Shown piece by piece: positions 1 through 15,967 of a DNA stretch of 64,000 nt. Position 1 is the stretch's first letter, and the number at the start of each line of letters is the position of its first letter. This DNA is from the human T2T-CHM13v2.0 reference genome, Homo sapiens, in the NCBI RefSeq assembly GCF_009914755.1, contig NC_060928.1; one strand, given 5' to 3'. The notes below the pieces were generated by a model. It saw only the letters and a program-made list of their open reading frames with translations. It did no database searches and had not been told where the DNA came from. The translations under genes and the position numbers were made by a program.

Positions 1-1232
1 GTGACTTCTTTTTATTTCAGTCTTTGATACAATTTTGACATTTAATTTGGGCTTCTTTCCTTTTATCATAAACTCTTCCAAACAACTTTATGTCATAAAA
101 TGTTTTGGGAGGCTAGATATGGAAAGTCAGCTTGGAAAAACTCATTTGAGACTTGAGCCAAAACCCACAGAAAACTCTCACCACAATACATCTGTTTCCT
201 TTTTCTTCTTATTTTTTCACATAGTTGTTCATTTTTTTTTGTTCTAAATCATTACTTTTCATTGAGTACATTTTAAAAACTATCTGCTTTTCTTTTTCTG
301 CTCTTTGAAAGATCATCTTGTCCTTTTTCGCCAAAAAGCTGGAATGAGGGAGGTTGAACTAAAAGCCAAGACATTCAGAGCACTGTGCACTGACTGAGCC
401 GGACAGCTGTTAGACACAAGCATCTGTAAATTGTACTGTGTTAAAATTACCACAAAAGAGGGGAGAGAATCCAGGCCCTCTTCCTGCCCTTTCTATTTGG
501 TTGTTTAGAAGGATGTTTTCATAAATACTTTCCCTTTTATGATGAGGCCCATTCCCACAGGGCTGGTAAACAGCAATCTAGGACAATTGAGGGAGACAGC
601 GGTAGCACTGCAAACACAGGTGTCAGAGTTTTAATCCCAGCTCTGTGCCTAATTTGCTATTTAGGTCAAGACTGCAGCATGACTAATCACTCATTTTGTC
701 ATGCTTTCCTATTGGTACTAATTCCTAAATATCCACTGAGCCATAATCACACAGAGCCAGTCACAAGACTACAGCATTAATGTATTTCCATTGACTAGTT
801 CTCTCACCACATAGTAAGGACACTGGAAAGGAACAGGGGACAGAAAATAGCATTTACTATTTCCCATAAGCCAGGTCCTGTGCTGGTTTTCATGTTTGTT
901 ATCTACACTGAATTAGTAGAGCAGTACCTTCTGTAAAGTTTCTCTTCTGTAAAATGAAGGTGTTGAAATTGATGATGTTTAAAGACCTCTCAAACTTACA
1001 TTCTGTGGACTTAGTGATTCTGTTAATGAGGTCATGTACAATTTTGTATTTCCATTTCTGTTACTGTTGCTGCTAGGCTTGACTCTATTGGAGTCTACAA
1101 ACGAATCTGGATAAGGTACTTGGAAATTCTGGTTGAGGAAGCTAGCTATGCAATACCCTTGACACAAGAACAGGTTTCCTCTCTCTTTGAAAAAGTTTTC
1201 CTCCTTGAGCTTATTAAGAATAAGATTGTGAA

Positions 1233-1547
1233 TGGTTCATGCCTGTAATTCCAGCACTTTGGGAGGCCAAGGCGGCAGATCACTCGAGGCCAGGATTTCA
1301 AGACCAGCCTGCCAAACATGGCACATCCCTGTCTCTACTAAAAAATACAAAAATTATCTGGGCGTGGTGGCACACCCCTGTAATCTCAGCTACTCAGTGA
1401 CTGAGGCACCAGAATTGCTTGAACCCGGGAGGTGGAGGTTACAGGGAGGCAGAGGTTGTGGTGAGTCAATCGAGCCACTGCACTTCAGCCTGGCCTGGGC
1501 AAAAGAGCAAGACTCTGTCTCAAATAATAATAATATAATAAAAAAAC
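1233..1547 (+). mobile_element. Alu (AluS-like), slightly 5'-truncated
   Basis: GCCTGTAATTCCAGCACTTTGGGAGG left arm, A5TACA linker, right arm and (AAT)n/A tail; internal 17-bp duplication at 1427-1460. Confidence 0.95.
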
Positions 1548-1879
1548 TGTGAGAAAGATGACACCAGTGTGGCCCATCAGGTCATCCAGTTCCACCATGG
1601 AGAACATTGGGGTGACAAAAGTTAAGGACAATTCTCTCTCGCATTCATATAATTATTTTTATATTAGCCAAGATGGCACCACTGAGCTGATCAGTTTTAT
1701 TTTAAATTTATGATGTAAACTTCACATTGGCAGCTGTAGGAATGCTACTGTGTTTTTTTAATGGGTTCCCTAGAATGTCTCCTTTGAACGTTTTATACCT
1801 TCCCTCCTGTCATGCCTTCCCCACACTCTTTAGTTTCTTACTCTTAGCTATGATATCACACCAGATTTTCTTTAGAAAA

Positions 1880-3810
<1,931 letters not shown>

Positions 3811-4459
3811 AGTTGCTGGGGGAAAAAAAAACCACAAAACTTTTAGTGAGGGAAACCCAAAAATCCCTATCATATTGGATGCAGGTAGTATTTACTGTAT
3901 ATCCAATATGGATTGGATGTGAATTCCAACCACTATTTGATTAAATAAGACTTTGTGATCTGTAATTTGATAAATTTGCTCAACAGTCATTATTCCAAAA
4001 ATATAATCCTTATCCTCCTAGCACATATCAGACTAAGCTTTCCAATCTTCTTGCCAGAAGCTATGCCACACTGATAAGGACTGTGTTTTGTTGAATTAGT
4101 CTTTAATTTGGCAATTGTCAAACTCTATTTGCTCGCTTTGGAGTCTGGGCCTGAGTTACTGTTTGCTTTTGAGGATTCTAGTCCAGTTATGTGGAGAGAT
4201 CGTGAATTCTATGCAGGAGAATTGCCTTGAAATCAGACTTTGTGGCTAATAAGCTCAATTTGCTCTTGATGTTTATTAATGTTTTTAGGAGCATGAATGC
4301 TCTTAGACTTCAGAAACTTTAGGAACAAAAACGACTCCTCCCCTCAGTGAGGAAAGGTAAAGATGAGCTAATTATAAATATTCTTAATCAGAGGAAATGT
4401 AGGAAAAAATCCTTACTTTGGAAAATATTTTCTATAGGGCTTCGTGGTTCTTTCCTAGA

Positions 4460-4565
4460 TACTAGACACAAGTGTTATGAAAGCAGGGACTTTAGTTATA
4501 TTTCCTAAGTCTTAAAAGGCCTGGAAGTAGATTCTCAATAAACGTAGAAGGAAGGAAGGAAGGAA
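4460..4565 (+). mobile_element. L2 3'-end fragment
   Basis: ACTAGAC...GAAAGCAGGGAC...CTCAATAAA followed by (GAAG)n, typical of an L2 terminus. Confidence 0.55.
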
Positions 4566-6663
4566 AGGCATGCTGATTAAATGAACCAAGATGCTCCAGT
4601 AACAAAAATTATGACATCAGCTAATAATTTAAATTTGATAATAAAATATTTATATCTATAGGACAGATAGCTTAGGCAAAAGAGTAACACATGGTCTGGA
4701 CTTCATGTCTGGAAATTTCCCTGACGTCTAGATTAAAATACAATCTTGGTCATATAAGACATTTACCTCATATTTGCATTTCACTTATTCCAGAAAAAAT
4801 GAGGATTAAAAAAATATTAATGGGTAATAACAGTAACACTTCAATTCCCAAACTAGTCAGTGTTTATAATTGGCTAAATAATTTCCTGAACTTAAGTGTG
4901 TTACATAAGTTTTTTAATGGCAAATAAGATGGTGTAGAATTTAAATAGTTACAAAATGTCTTCAAAGTGTCAAAGAAAATGAACATTGACCTATGAAGAA
5001 ATAAATACAAATTGAGTTAGAAATATTTTTACTTAACATAACATTAAGATGAATAAAAATAAGCAAACTGTGGAATATTATGAAGGCTAGCTTAATATGA
5101 TGCTGGAATAAAGAAATAACCTATTATAAAGATAAATTTTTGTAGAAGGATCTCAACAGGCTCTATAACTGAATATACATAGATCATTTCCAGTTAACAG
5201 AGTGAGTATGTAGGTGTAGGGACTTGTATATGCACATGTGTGTATTCATGTGAATAGTATAGCTGACCATTTAGCATGGAATAAGTTCTGTAGGCTCACC
5301 AATGATTTACAGCCTGTTTCTCTTGCCTTACTTGGCATGGCTACATTAAACTGAAAAATCTTTGAAATGAGGTGCCATGAAAAGAAAAAGAAAATCTCAT
5401 TTTTGGATGTATAAACCAAAAAGGAATTGTATCAATTGCCCAGCCCATCTCTTTACCCAGGACAGAAGTCTCTCATGGGTCAGGGCCTACTTGGATGACT
5501 ATATCTTATGGAAGATCCAATGTTCAAGTTCTACTATGGTTCAGGTTCCCCACTTTTATATCTTGTGCAGATTTTGAGGAGTCAGGTTGTGTCTCAGGGT
5601 ATCATTGTGTCAGGACAGATATAGCATCAAACACGGCTGCCTCAGTGTGTGTCTGGAGTCAAGCATGTTCAGTGTCCCACTGCCTTCCACCTACTGTTCA
5701 TTGCTACATAGCAAGCTTCTCATTGGTCCCTTTGCCTGTTACATTACAAGGAAGAATTTAACTTGACTGGTTAAATATTTCTGGGACTTGGGAAGAGAAA
5801 ATGTGATCTAACCAACAATGAGATCTGCTACATTCTGTTACTTAGGGATGGATACATGTTTAATAAATCAGAAATAGGATCGGTTCTATTGACTAAGCTA
5901 AAGTGGTTTTAAAATTCATGTCACATTGCAGATCCAAATAATAGAGCCTTTGACCCTGTTTTCCTAGGGAGGAAAAATGTCTGCAGGAGAAACATTCCTT
6001 TTACAGATTGAAACCTTCTTCAATGTTTTTTATCCTATCTTCCAGTAAGAATATTCACAAGAGAATTATTGTTTGCTGAATTTAAGAAACATTCACTACA
6101 TCATGCAAATAACTTTAATTGCATTCTTTGGGAAAAGACAATCAGCATATGAGTATGATCCCATAACATGAGCCAACTATTCTTAAAGCATAGGTTGGGC
6201 CATCTTCTTATTTATGAAAATGGACTGCCTCCTGGGAATATTTAAGAGTAATATGCAACAACTGCTGTAATTATCAGCAATATGTCTCACAGAAAAACTT
6301 GGGGAAGCCATAATTGAGGAGTTTAAAAAAAAGAAAGTTAAGGTTTGTGATGAGGTTACTGTACTCTCATCCCTTTGCCAAGTTGCCATTGAATATTAGC
6401 CAAACTTTGGAACACTCTCAGATATGAAGCCCACCAAATGACCTTGCTGGACCCATCCTGTAGGTCCTACATCCCACTCAAGGCAACATTGTTATCTCCA
6501 CTAAGAGAAGTATACAATCTGCTGGAGGTTTAAGGAATCAATCAACAATACCTTCTTTCCACTCTCAAGATCAGAGCAAGTTGAGAGATAGGACTCAAAC
6601 AGATGGCAGCAATATATTAGCTTTATTACTGATAAAAGCTCTTTAGAGAATGTGACTGTGTTT

Positions 6664-6872
6664 TGCTTTTGTTTTTGTTTATGAGACAGTGTCTTGCTCT
6701 GTCACCCAGGCTGAAGTGCAGTGATGCGATTATGGCCACTGCAACCTCCCGTGCTCAATCGCTCCTCCCACCTCAGCATCCCGAGTAGCTGGGCCTACAG
6801 GTGTATGTCACCACACTCGGCTAATCATTGTATTATTCACAGAGACAGGATCTCACTATGTTGCCCAGCCTG
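6664..6872 (-). mobile_element. AluJ, 5'-truncated
   Basis: Reverse Alu right arm plus part of left arm; TSD GTGACTGTGTTT at 6652-6663 and 6873-6884. Confidence 0.9.
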
Positions 6873-6889
6873 GTGACTGTGTTTGTTAT

Positions 6890-7310
6890 GATAAGTAATA
6901 CTGGTTTGTCAACAAACCAACTCTAAAATTTCAGGGACTGAACAAAAGTTAATTTATTGTTCATATGTAGTCCAGTAAGGATGTTCCTGCTTGGCAGGTG
7001 GCCTTCAGCATGGCCATTCAATGGACCTTCCATAATGTGGCTCCATCCCTAGAGCTTCAAAGTCTGCTGCTGAAGTTTCTACATCAGTTAATAACTGGGA
7101 AAGAGAGAGCGTGAAAGATTACACAGGAGGTTTTCATGTGGCAGATTTGGAAGAAGTGTACATAAGTTAATATTCCATTGCCTAGAACCCAGTCACATGG
7201 CCTAACCTAACTGTAAAGCAGGTTGGGAAAGTTGCAAATTTAGTGTATCTCTATGTACACAAGGCAGAGGGAATGGATTTTGGTGAAAACATAGCAGTCT
7301 TGGCCAAAAT
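6890..7310 (-). mobile_element. Old MaLR LTR (MLT1J/K-like)
   Basis: TTCCATTGCCTAGAACCCAGTCACATGGCC...AACTGTAAAGCAGGTTGGGAAA motif typical of old MLT1 LTRs. Confidence 0.6.
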
Positions 7311-8144
7311 AACTGGATCTTAGCCAAGTGGGCTTGCAAATATTTCCTCCCAAACTTAGGCAGACTAATCCCTCAACAGTAACAGCTCATTCCTACAAGG
7401 GTAGACTCTGCCTCACTAAGCTTAGAGCATAGCTGAGAGAGAGAGAAACTCAGAATGCACCCTCTCTGTGGGCAGGCAGATTTCAGAGGGGAGGGGAAAA
7501 GGCTGATTGAACATTACTAATTTTTTCTTCCAATCTCATCACTGAAGGAGGAAGAAAAAATCCAAAAGTGCTACTCTAGGAAAATCATCTACTCAGAAAT
7601 ATGAGGCGTAGAGAATAAGTTTTCTCCCAGGAGTTGAATAAAAACTTTTAAACCAATTCATGTCATCCTTTATTCTTTAAAACCATATATTGGTTGGTAA
7701 CATCCTTAAAATATTTTCTCGTGTCTTTCCTTAATTTTAGGATATATTATAATAATTGGCTTATTAAAATTATTAACAAAAGATTATTTAAATTACTAAT
7801 AAAATTAGTCTTAATACAACTTTGAGACTCTCTACTTGTGTTTCTTTTGAAATACTGTCTCAATAACTTTGTCAAATACAGGATGTATTTTTTGAAAATC
7901 TTTGTAAAATAAAATAATATATAGGATGATGGCTTCCTCTTATAGATTGAGCATGAGCAAAGTTAGTTCAGATCATCAGTGGTCTGTTACCCTGGACCTA
8001 GAATATAAACTATGCTTCCCTTTAAAAAGAAAACTCTCATGTAAGCATTTTATTGAATATGGTAGACTTGTGAGCAATAATTTATAACATGTTTTTATTT
8101 CTGTCAGTAACTGCCCCTGGACAACAGCTTTAGCAGGTTCTTAA

Positions 8145-8504
<360 letters not shown>

Positions 8505-8940
8505 TAATCCATTCCATTTTCAAATTTTTGGTCTCCTTTCTTCTTCTATCTCAGTCCAACTCAGTTTAGGCTCAGAAGCTGCAGAAGGGGGTTGATTCCA
8601 TCAGCTGGTGGCTTTATTATTCCTCCTCAGCTCCTGGCTTTTGGTAGTCCATCCATAGAGCCTGTCTTTATTGAAGTCACCTTGCCTTGGGGATTGAGTG
8701 GGGAACAAAACTGAACAGAAGGTTTAACTTGAAGCTCACAGTGTGGTACTGAGAGACAAACATTCATGTAGTCAAGTAAATATTCTTTAGGGTCTGAAAC
8801 TATCCCTGAACATTTTTAAATTTTATCCTTTTGTGGGGATTTCAAGAATCATCAAAAAATACATATAAGCATATTAATTATCAGTTGGGTAACCTACAAC
8901 CATGCAATAGTGTCCTGATACAGGTTTCAAGGCCCTCACT

Positions 8941-9643
8941 TTTTTTTTTATTTCAATAGGTTTTTGGGGAACAGGTGGTGTTTGGTTACATGAATAAGCT
9001 CTCTAGTGGTAATTTCTGAGATTTTGGTGCACCCAGCACCCCAGCAGTGTACCCTATACCCAATGTGTAGCTTCTTATCTCTTGCCCCCCTCCCACTCTT
9101 TCCCCAGAGTCCCCAAAGTCCAATATATCATTCTTATGCCTTTGCATCCTCATAGCTTAGCTCCCACTTATGAGTGAGAACATATGATGTTTGGTTTTCC
9201 ATTCCTGAGTTACTTCACTTAGAATAATAGTCTTCAGTTCCATCCAGGTTGATGCAAATGCCATTATTTTGTTCCTTTATATGGCTGAGTACTATTCCAT
9301 GGTATTTATATATACCACCCTATCTTTATCCACTCACTGATTGATGGGCATTTGGGCTCATTCCATATTTTTTGCAATTGCAGTTGTGCTGCTATAAACA
9401 TACGTGTGCAAGTATCTTTTTCGTATGACTTCTTTTCCTCTAGGTAGATACTCAATAGTGGGATTTCTGGATCAAATGGTAGCTCTACTTTTAGTTCTTT
9501 AAGGAATCTCCACACTGTTTTCCATAGCAGTGGTACTAGTTTACAATCCCACCAACATTGTAAAAGTGTTCCTTTTCACCACATCCATGCCAACATCGAT
9601 TTTTTAAAATTTATTTTATTATGGCCATTCTTGCAGGAGTGAG
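8941..9643 (-). mobile_element. L1 3' fragment (L1PB1-like), 5'-truncated
   Basis: Poly(T), L1PB-type 3'UTR (TTTTTGGGGAACAGGTGGTGTTTGGTTACATG); ORF 9306-9515 is the ORF2 C-terminus (CTRMFIAAQ...PKCPS); degenerate TSD TCARGGCCCTCRCTTT. Confidence 0.9.
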
Positions 9644-9959
9644 TCAGGGCCCTCGCTTTTGGACCAGCATTTCTGACTGCCTTGGTGCAGTTCAGTCCTT
9701 TGTAGTTGTCTTGGTCTAAGGACCAAAGAATGAAATAGGTGTAATGCATAAATGATAAATTATCACTGAAGAGGGGTCAAATAAAATCATAGCATCATTT
9801 GCCAATAAAGTTTTTGCAATGATTCTGAAAGAACAAAAATGGTGGGAAAATATACTATTTTGTGCATCTATCACAAAATAGTCCAAAAGGGCTGACATAT
9901 TAGCAATTGGTACCATATTCATATTGCAAGCAGCATCTTAGTTTCAGCAAAACAAAATA

Positions 9960-10580
9960 ATCAGATAATAGCCACTTCTTCCATTCAGTTGCCCAGGGAA
10001 AAAACCTTGGAGCTCTCTTTGACTCCTTGCCTTCTTTCATACTCATATCCAATGTCTCACCAAGTACATCAGATTCCGATGGCTTCTCGCCGTCACCATC
10101 TACATTGCTTCCACCCACGGGTGTGAGCCATCACCCTGTGGCACCTGGCTTATTGTAATAGCTTCCTACTTGGTCCTTTAGTCTACCCTGGCCTCCCTTA
10201 CACAGCTGCCAAGCAATCATGATAAAACACAAGTCTTGTGGAGTCACTTCTTTCCTCAATTTTCCGGTAGCATTCCATCTCTCTTAGAGTAAAAGCCAGA
10301 GATTTTAGATTGGCCTATATGGCCCCTGATGAATGGAAAAGAGACACTGTCCCTCTAATATGCCTTACTTCCTTTTCTACTCTTTTTCCCCCAACTGATC
10401 TCCATTTAACATAGTATATTGTTTACTTTTCATGTTCTCTCTACCTCCTACTAGAATGTAAATCTTAAGAGGGCAGGAATTTTCATCCACATTCTTTATT
10501 TCTGCAACTCCAGCTCCTGGATTAGTTCCTAGAATATAGTACACATTCAATGAACAATTCTGAAATGAATGGATGAATCT
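9960..10580 (+). mobile_element. L2 (L2a-like) 3' portion
   Basis: AAAACCTTGGAG...GACTCC, CTAGAATGTAAATCT...GAGGGCAGG, ending in GAATGGATGAAT. Confidence 0.8.
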
Positions 10581-10627
10581 GGTATATTAAAATAATTTTT
10601 TGTATCATTTGATTGGCAAATAAGTTT

Positions 10628-10946
10628 TCTTTTCTTCTTTGTTTTTTTGGGTCAGGATCTTGCTTTGTCACCCAGGGAGGCTGGAGTGTCATGGCACAAT
10701 CATAGCTCACTGCAGCCTCAGACTCCCAGGCTCAAGTGATTTAGCGCTTCTCCTGCCTCATCTTCTCAAGCAGCTGGGACTAGAGGCGTACATTACCATA
10801 CCTGGCTAAGTTTTTAATATTTTTTTGTAGAGGATGGGGTCTCATTTTGTTGCCCATGCTGGTCTAGAACTCCTGGCCTCAAGCAATCCTCTAGCCTCAG
10901 CCTCCCAAAGTGCTGGGATTACAGGCATGAGCCAACATGCCCAGCC
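10628..10946 (-). mobile_element. AluJ (Jb-like)
   Basis: Reverse Alu with J diagnostics (CATAGCTCACTGCAGCCTC, CTGGCCTCAAGCAATCCT); AAGTTTT on both flanks. Confidence 0.93.
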
Positions 10947-11036
10947 AAGTTTTGTTTTTTATAGTTGTATAAGAGTTGTTAGAATAAACCTAGTTTATGG
11001 TTAAATATATTTAATAGTATTATGAAAGTAATTTAC

Positions 11037-11110
11037 CCTGTAATCCCAGGGACTCAAGAGGTCAGGAGTTTGAGACCAGCCTGGGCAATGTAGTGAAACC
11101 CCATCTCTAC
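11037..11110 (+). mobile_element. Alu left-monomer fragment with internal deletion
   Basis: CCTGTAATCCCAG joined almost directly to GAGGTCAGGAGTTTGAGACCAGCCTGGGCAA...CCATCTCTAC. Confidence 0.8.
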
Positions 11111-11111
11111 A

Positions 11112-11112
<1 letters not shown>

Positions 11113-11161
<49 letters not shown>
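11113..11161. repeat. (CA)n microsatellite, about 24 units
   Basis: Perfect AC run. Confidence 0.98.
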
Positions 11162-11163
<2 letters not shown>

Positions 11164-12527
11164 TTTAAGTCAATACTGAGAACTGTAGGAATGTTTTTCT
11201 TTAAAATGGTTATATACAATTATTACACTTTATTTGAAATATACTATTTTGGCTAGGTTTATAGTAATCTAAAAGGATCAGAAAAATCGAAGAACATTAG
11301 AATTAGGAGAAAATGTAAATATTATCTAATTTAACATTTTACCTTAGAATAGAACAATTCCTAGAATTATGGGAGATTTTTAAAAAAATATTATTTTGTG
11401 GCTTCTTGTTTGGCAGGGTTTTTGAATTCTATAAGCAGGGAAGTGTTCCTAATCTTTGTAACATTTAAATTTACAAATAATTTGAAATTCCCTGAAGAAA
11501 GCAAATGTGTTCCCATGATAAAATAAAATTATTCACAGAAAATTTCTTTAGTAAACCAGCTTCAAATTTCATTAAGATGGAAAAGCTGTTCTAATTGATT
11601 TACCAGATAGCTATGGTTGGAAAATATTTAATTTTTGGAAAAATTCATGATGTAGGTCTGCCATGTGTTCTTTTACAAAACTTTCATTGACAGCCAAAAA
11701 AAAAAATGTGGAGTTCAGTAACAGTGATAAAATTGTCATTTGATCAATTTTAACAATGGCTTTTAGGTAATCTGTTAATCCCTCTCAAGCAATCTGGGAA
11801 ATTGTGCTGTGAATCATTAGAAATATATGAACGATTGAGCTGTGAAATTTTATTACAGAATTATATTATGCCACAAGGATTCATCAACGGGTGAGATATT
11901 GCCACAAAGCAATTCACTTAAAAATTCAGCCATGTTGCTTTTGTCCCTGAAGGGTGGATTGAACACCCACACTGGAATTTTGTCCAGTCACATAAAAAGA
12001 AAATGTAAGCATTCCTTTTCAAAATTACTAACTTTTGAGATGAATTGAGCAAAATAACTAGTGTTAGGAGGGAATATTCCATCCTTTTGATAAAACGAAT
12101 ATGAACTATCTGAATATTATTTTGACCTACGACATGACTTTGTTACTTTAATGTAACACATTGCAAAACATAAAGTGCCATCCATGTATTTATTTTATTA
12201 TTTTATTATTTATTTGCATGAAAAAAGGTAAAATTTATTCACAGAAAGCATTCTGTCAATTGTAGTGGATAATGACTCTCACTATGAATTACGTAATGAG
12301 ATCTTCTCAACCCTTATATTTACTTTATCACCATTATAAGGGCTCACTCCTAATTTTATCCTGCCCCAGAAGATGTTTGGGGTGTACTAACCGCTTCTGG
12401 GGGATAAAAGCTGGGGTGTGCAATCTATTTTTTTGTTAGATAAACTTCACTTTACACACATATGTAACATCATATAATGGGAAGAATACTAAATTAGCCT
12501 TTGAAAGCAATTATAGGCAGTGTTTTT

Positions 12528-12674
12528 ATAAATTTTACTTTAATTTCTGGGATACATGTGCAGAATATGCAGGTTTTTTACATATGTAAATGTGTGTCAT
12601 GGTGGTTTGCTGCACCTATCAACCCATTACCTAGGTATTAAGGCCCACATGCATTAGCTATTTGTCCTGATGCT
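12528..12674 (-). mobile_element. Very short L1PA (about L1PA8-10) 3'-end insertion
   Basis: L1PA 3'UTR end (GATACATGTGCAGAA...GGTGGTTTGCTGCACCTATCAACC); TSD GGCAGTGTTTTT at 12516-12527 and 12675-12686. Confidence 0.92.
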
Positions 12675-12884
12675 GGCAGTGTTTTTGAGTTACCAGAAGG
12701 GTATTCCCAGGAATCATTCGCAACATCTTAATTATGCACTTTGCTTGCAATACACATAATTTTTTTCTTCTCCTGTCTCAGACTGAGAAAAATTTTTAAT
12801 TCTTTCAAGTGCTGGGAGTATATTGTCATTAAAGATGTCAGAGCACTTTCTAGAGAAGTTGTTGGGGAGGGAGGGTTAATACAG

Positions 12885-13283
12885 TGTTGTGGACTGAGTT
12901 GTGTTCCCCAAAAATTCATTTATTGATTCGTTTATTGAAGTCCTAACTCCCAGTACCACAGATGGTGACTGTGTTTGGAGAAAGGGTTTTTAAAGAGGTA
13001 ATGAAGTTAAAATGAGGTCATTAAGGTGGGTCTTAATCCAGTTTCGCTGATGTCCCTAAAGAAAGAGTAAGTCTGGACACAGATGGGTAAGAGGAAGACC
13101 ATGTCAAGACACAGGGAAAGATGGCCATCTACAAGCCAAGGGGAGGGGCCTCAGAAGAAACCAACCCTGCTGACACCTTGATCTTGAACTTCAAGCTCTT
13201 AGAATTGTGAGAAAATAAATTTCTGTTGTCTAAAGACACCCAGTCTGTGGTAATTTGTTATGGCAGCCCTGTGTACTAACCCA
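12885..13283 (+). mobile_element. MLT1B-like solo LTR
   Basis: TG start, GATGGCCATCTACAAGCCAAG...CAGAAGAAACCAACCCTGCTGACACCTTGATCTTG, AATAAA, CA end; near-TSD TACAG/CACAG. Confidence 0.88.
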
Positions 13284-13569
13284 CACAGTAAAGAAATAAT
13301 GGTAAAACATCTTCAGATGAGCATTCACCTATCCAAAGAGAAAGAGGATAGTGAGTGGGTAGATGATATAGTAGGTTTCAAATGGTCCAGAAGGATATAA
13401 AGTTTCCATTACATATTTTTCTATTTGTTTCCCAACTAGATTGTGGGACCACAGAGAGTAGAAATGATGTCTAACCTGTCTTTGAAACTTTTTCTCATAG
13501 GTGTTCATGTATGCCTACAGGATTGATCCATAGTGAATAGAGGAGGTATGCAGCAGTGAGCATACACCA

Positions 13570-13825
13570 CAGTGTAATGTATGGCTAAGAGAGCAGGCTC
13601 TCGAGTTAGTTTGCTGAGATTGAATCCCAGATATGCCACTTATTAGTTCTCTGCTTTGGGACAAATTTCTCCATCTCTCTGTGCCTCAGTTTTTTCATGT
13701 GTAAAACAGATAATCATTATACTTATCTCATCAGTTTGCTGTGAGTACTAAATGAGTCCATATATGTATAAGCACTTAGAATAGTTCCAGGTACATAAAT
13801 GGCACTCAGTAAGACTTTGCTATTA
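13570..13825 (+). mobile_element. MIR SINE
   Basis: TGAATCCCAG..., core CTCTCTGTGCCTCAGTTTT...TGTAAAA, AAGCACTTAGAA. Confidence 0.85.
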
Positions 13826-14691
13826 GACACATCATTTTAAGACTGCCCACAGAGTAAACAACAGGAGGAGCTCTGCTGTAATAGTTGACATAAAGCAGAA
13901 AGACTCTGTGTCCAGTTGATAGTACTATCAGTTCCTTGGCCAATTTCCAACTTACGTTCTTCCCACGTAAGTAGCCAGATCCTCCCCACTCTGGTGAAAG
14001 GAATTGGCTCTTATAAAACTAATGAGGAACATCACAGGCCTGCATAATGAAAGAGGTCATTCTGTCCTTCTTTAGCGTGCCTGTGTGGCACAATGCTATT
14101 AAGTTAGAGGGGCTGTTAGGCAAGCACTTCTCACAATTTGTTGGGTAATGACTCTATTTGGATCAGTGGGCTAAATGCTGGGGGGCTGGGGAAGAGTTGA
14201 GAAGAGTCAGAGAACACACACACTCGAGAACAAGTGGAGGCCAATTTCTCTGCCTTGGCTGAACACCTTGCAATTCTGGTGTGTTTCTAGAGAGATAGAA
14301 TATGCCCCTGTGCAACACATCTGAAAACTTAAGCAGCTATACTTAAAATGCAGACCACATATTTGAGTGCAAAAAGAACATAAATTAACAGCTGAATTTA
14401 ACTTAAAGAAATCGTATCATGAGAAGGTAAGCTCTCAGGAAGGTTTGAAGGATGAAAGAACACAAATTGGTAGAGATGAGGAAAAGAGAGAAACCATTAT
14501 TCAACAACAACCTATGTTTCAGATGCAGTGTCTCATTTAGTTTTATCAGTAACCCTAAAGATGGGTAGAGGTAATTACCTTCATGCCTGACTCATAATGA
14601 TAGGAGACAGGCATTTTAGAAATATGCCTATTCACTAAAATAAATGCTTGGTGATGTCATCCTTCGTCAGAGTCAGATATTTTACCATTAG

Positions 14692-15084
<393 letters not shown>

Positions 15085-15629
15085 GAGAGCTTTATTCCTT
15101 AAAAAGAGTTGCAGCCTGCAAGCCGGCCATCCTACAGGCCGAGAAGCATAGATTCTGGCAGAAACTGAAAGTGGGCACTTTGAAGGAGGAAGGGTGAGAC
15201 AGGAATTTATGCTGAATGGGTTGGATAAGTATACATATTAAACAGGGTATAGCAGGACTAGGAATAATCACAAAATTGGGTATGCAAGTATGAGTAGTAA
15301 GCAAACATGAATGTTATATACATCCCATTTTCACTTTGGGGTGGAGACAACATTTAAATGCATCAAAATTTGGCTGTATATGTCAAAAGGTGAAATGGAG
15401 GACACAAAGACATGCAGTGCCCAGTCCTGTAAACAGCCAGAACGAGTCCATGGTGCGTGGTCTCTCACCAGCCAGGAATGCTGGTCAATTGTTGTGCCGA
15501 AACCACAAAAACGAAGGGGAGTCTGGTTGCAGTATCAGGCAGTTGTTTGAAATCAGTAGCAGAGCAAGTCTTTCAAAAGGACAGGTTTCTGTTTAACTCT
15601 TAGGAAAGAAAAGTCTGGTGGTTAGTGAG

Positions 15630-15833
15630 GGAGGAGGAAAAAGTAGGTGAGCCTGACCTTCCATCCCATCATGGCTGGAAGGAGGAGGAAAAAGGAGGCA
15701 ACATGGACCTTCCATCCCATCATGGCTGGAAGGAGGAGGAAAAAGGAGGCAACATGGACCTTCCATCCCATCATGGCTGGAAGGAGGAGGAAAAAGGAGG
15801 CAACATGGACCTTCCATCCCATCATGGCTGGAA
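15630..15833. repeat. 51-bp tandem repeat, about 4 copies
   Basis: Unit GACCTTCCATCCCATCATGGCTGGAAGGAGGAGGAAAAAGGAGGCAACATG; gives 17-aa periodic ORFs in several frames. Confidence 0.97.
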
Positions 15834-15967
15834 ACCCTGTTTCTAAGCTTTCTCTGAGGTCCCCTTGGCCAAGAGAGTGTCCATTTAGTCAGTTGGGGAG
15901 CTGAACATTTTATTTTTATTTCTCATGTCTAAATTCTATTGTTGCATGCATATGAAGATTATAGTAT

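Noticed and set aside
5530-5745. Possible ancient LTR fragment (also about 55990-56410 and 60820-61180)
   Set aside because: The resemblance is too weak to assign without a profile search.
6103-6110. Octamer ATGCAAAT, and scattered TGACTCA sites elsewhere
   Set aside because: No adjacent SOX half-site; isolated 7-8-mers are expected by chance in 64 kb.
15630-15833. 51-bp repeats as a CRISPR array or a repeat-protein gene
   Set aside because: Units are head-to-tail with no unique spacers, there are no cas genes and the context is primate. ORFs are open in several frames only because 51 is a multiple of 3.
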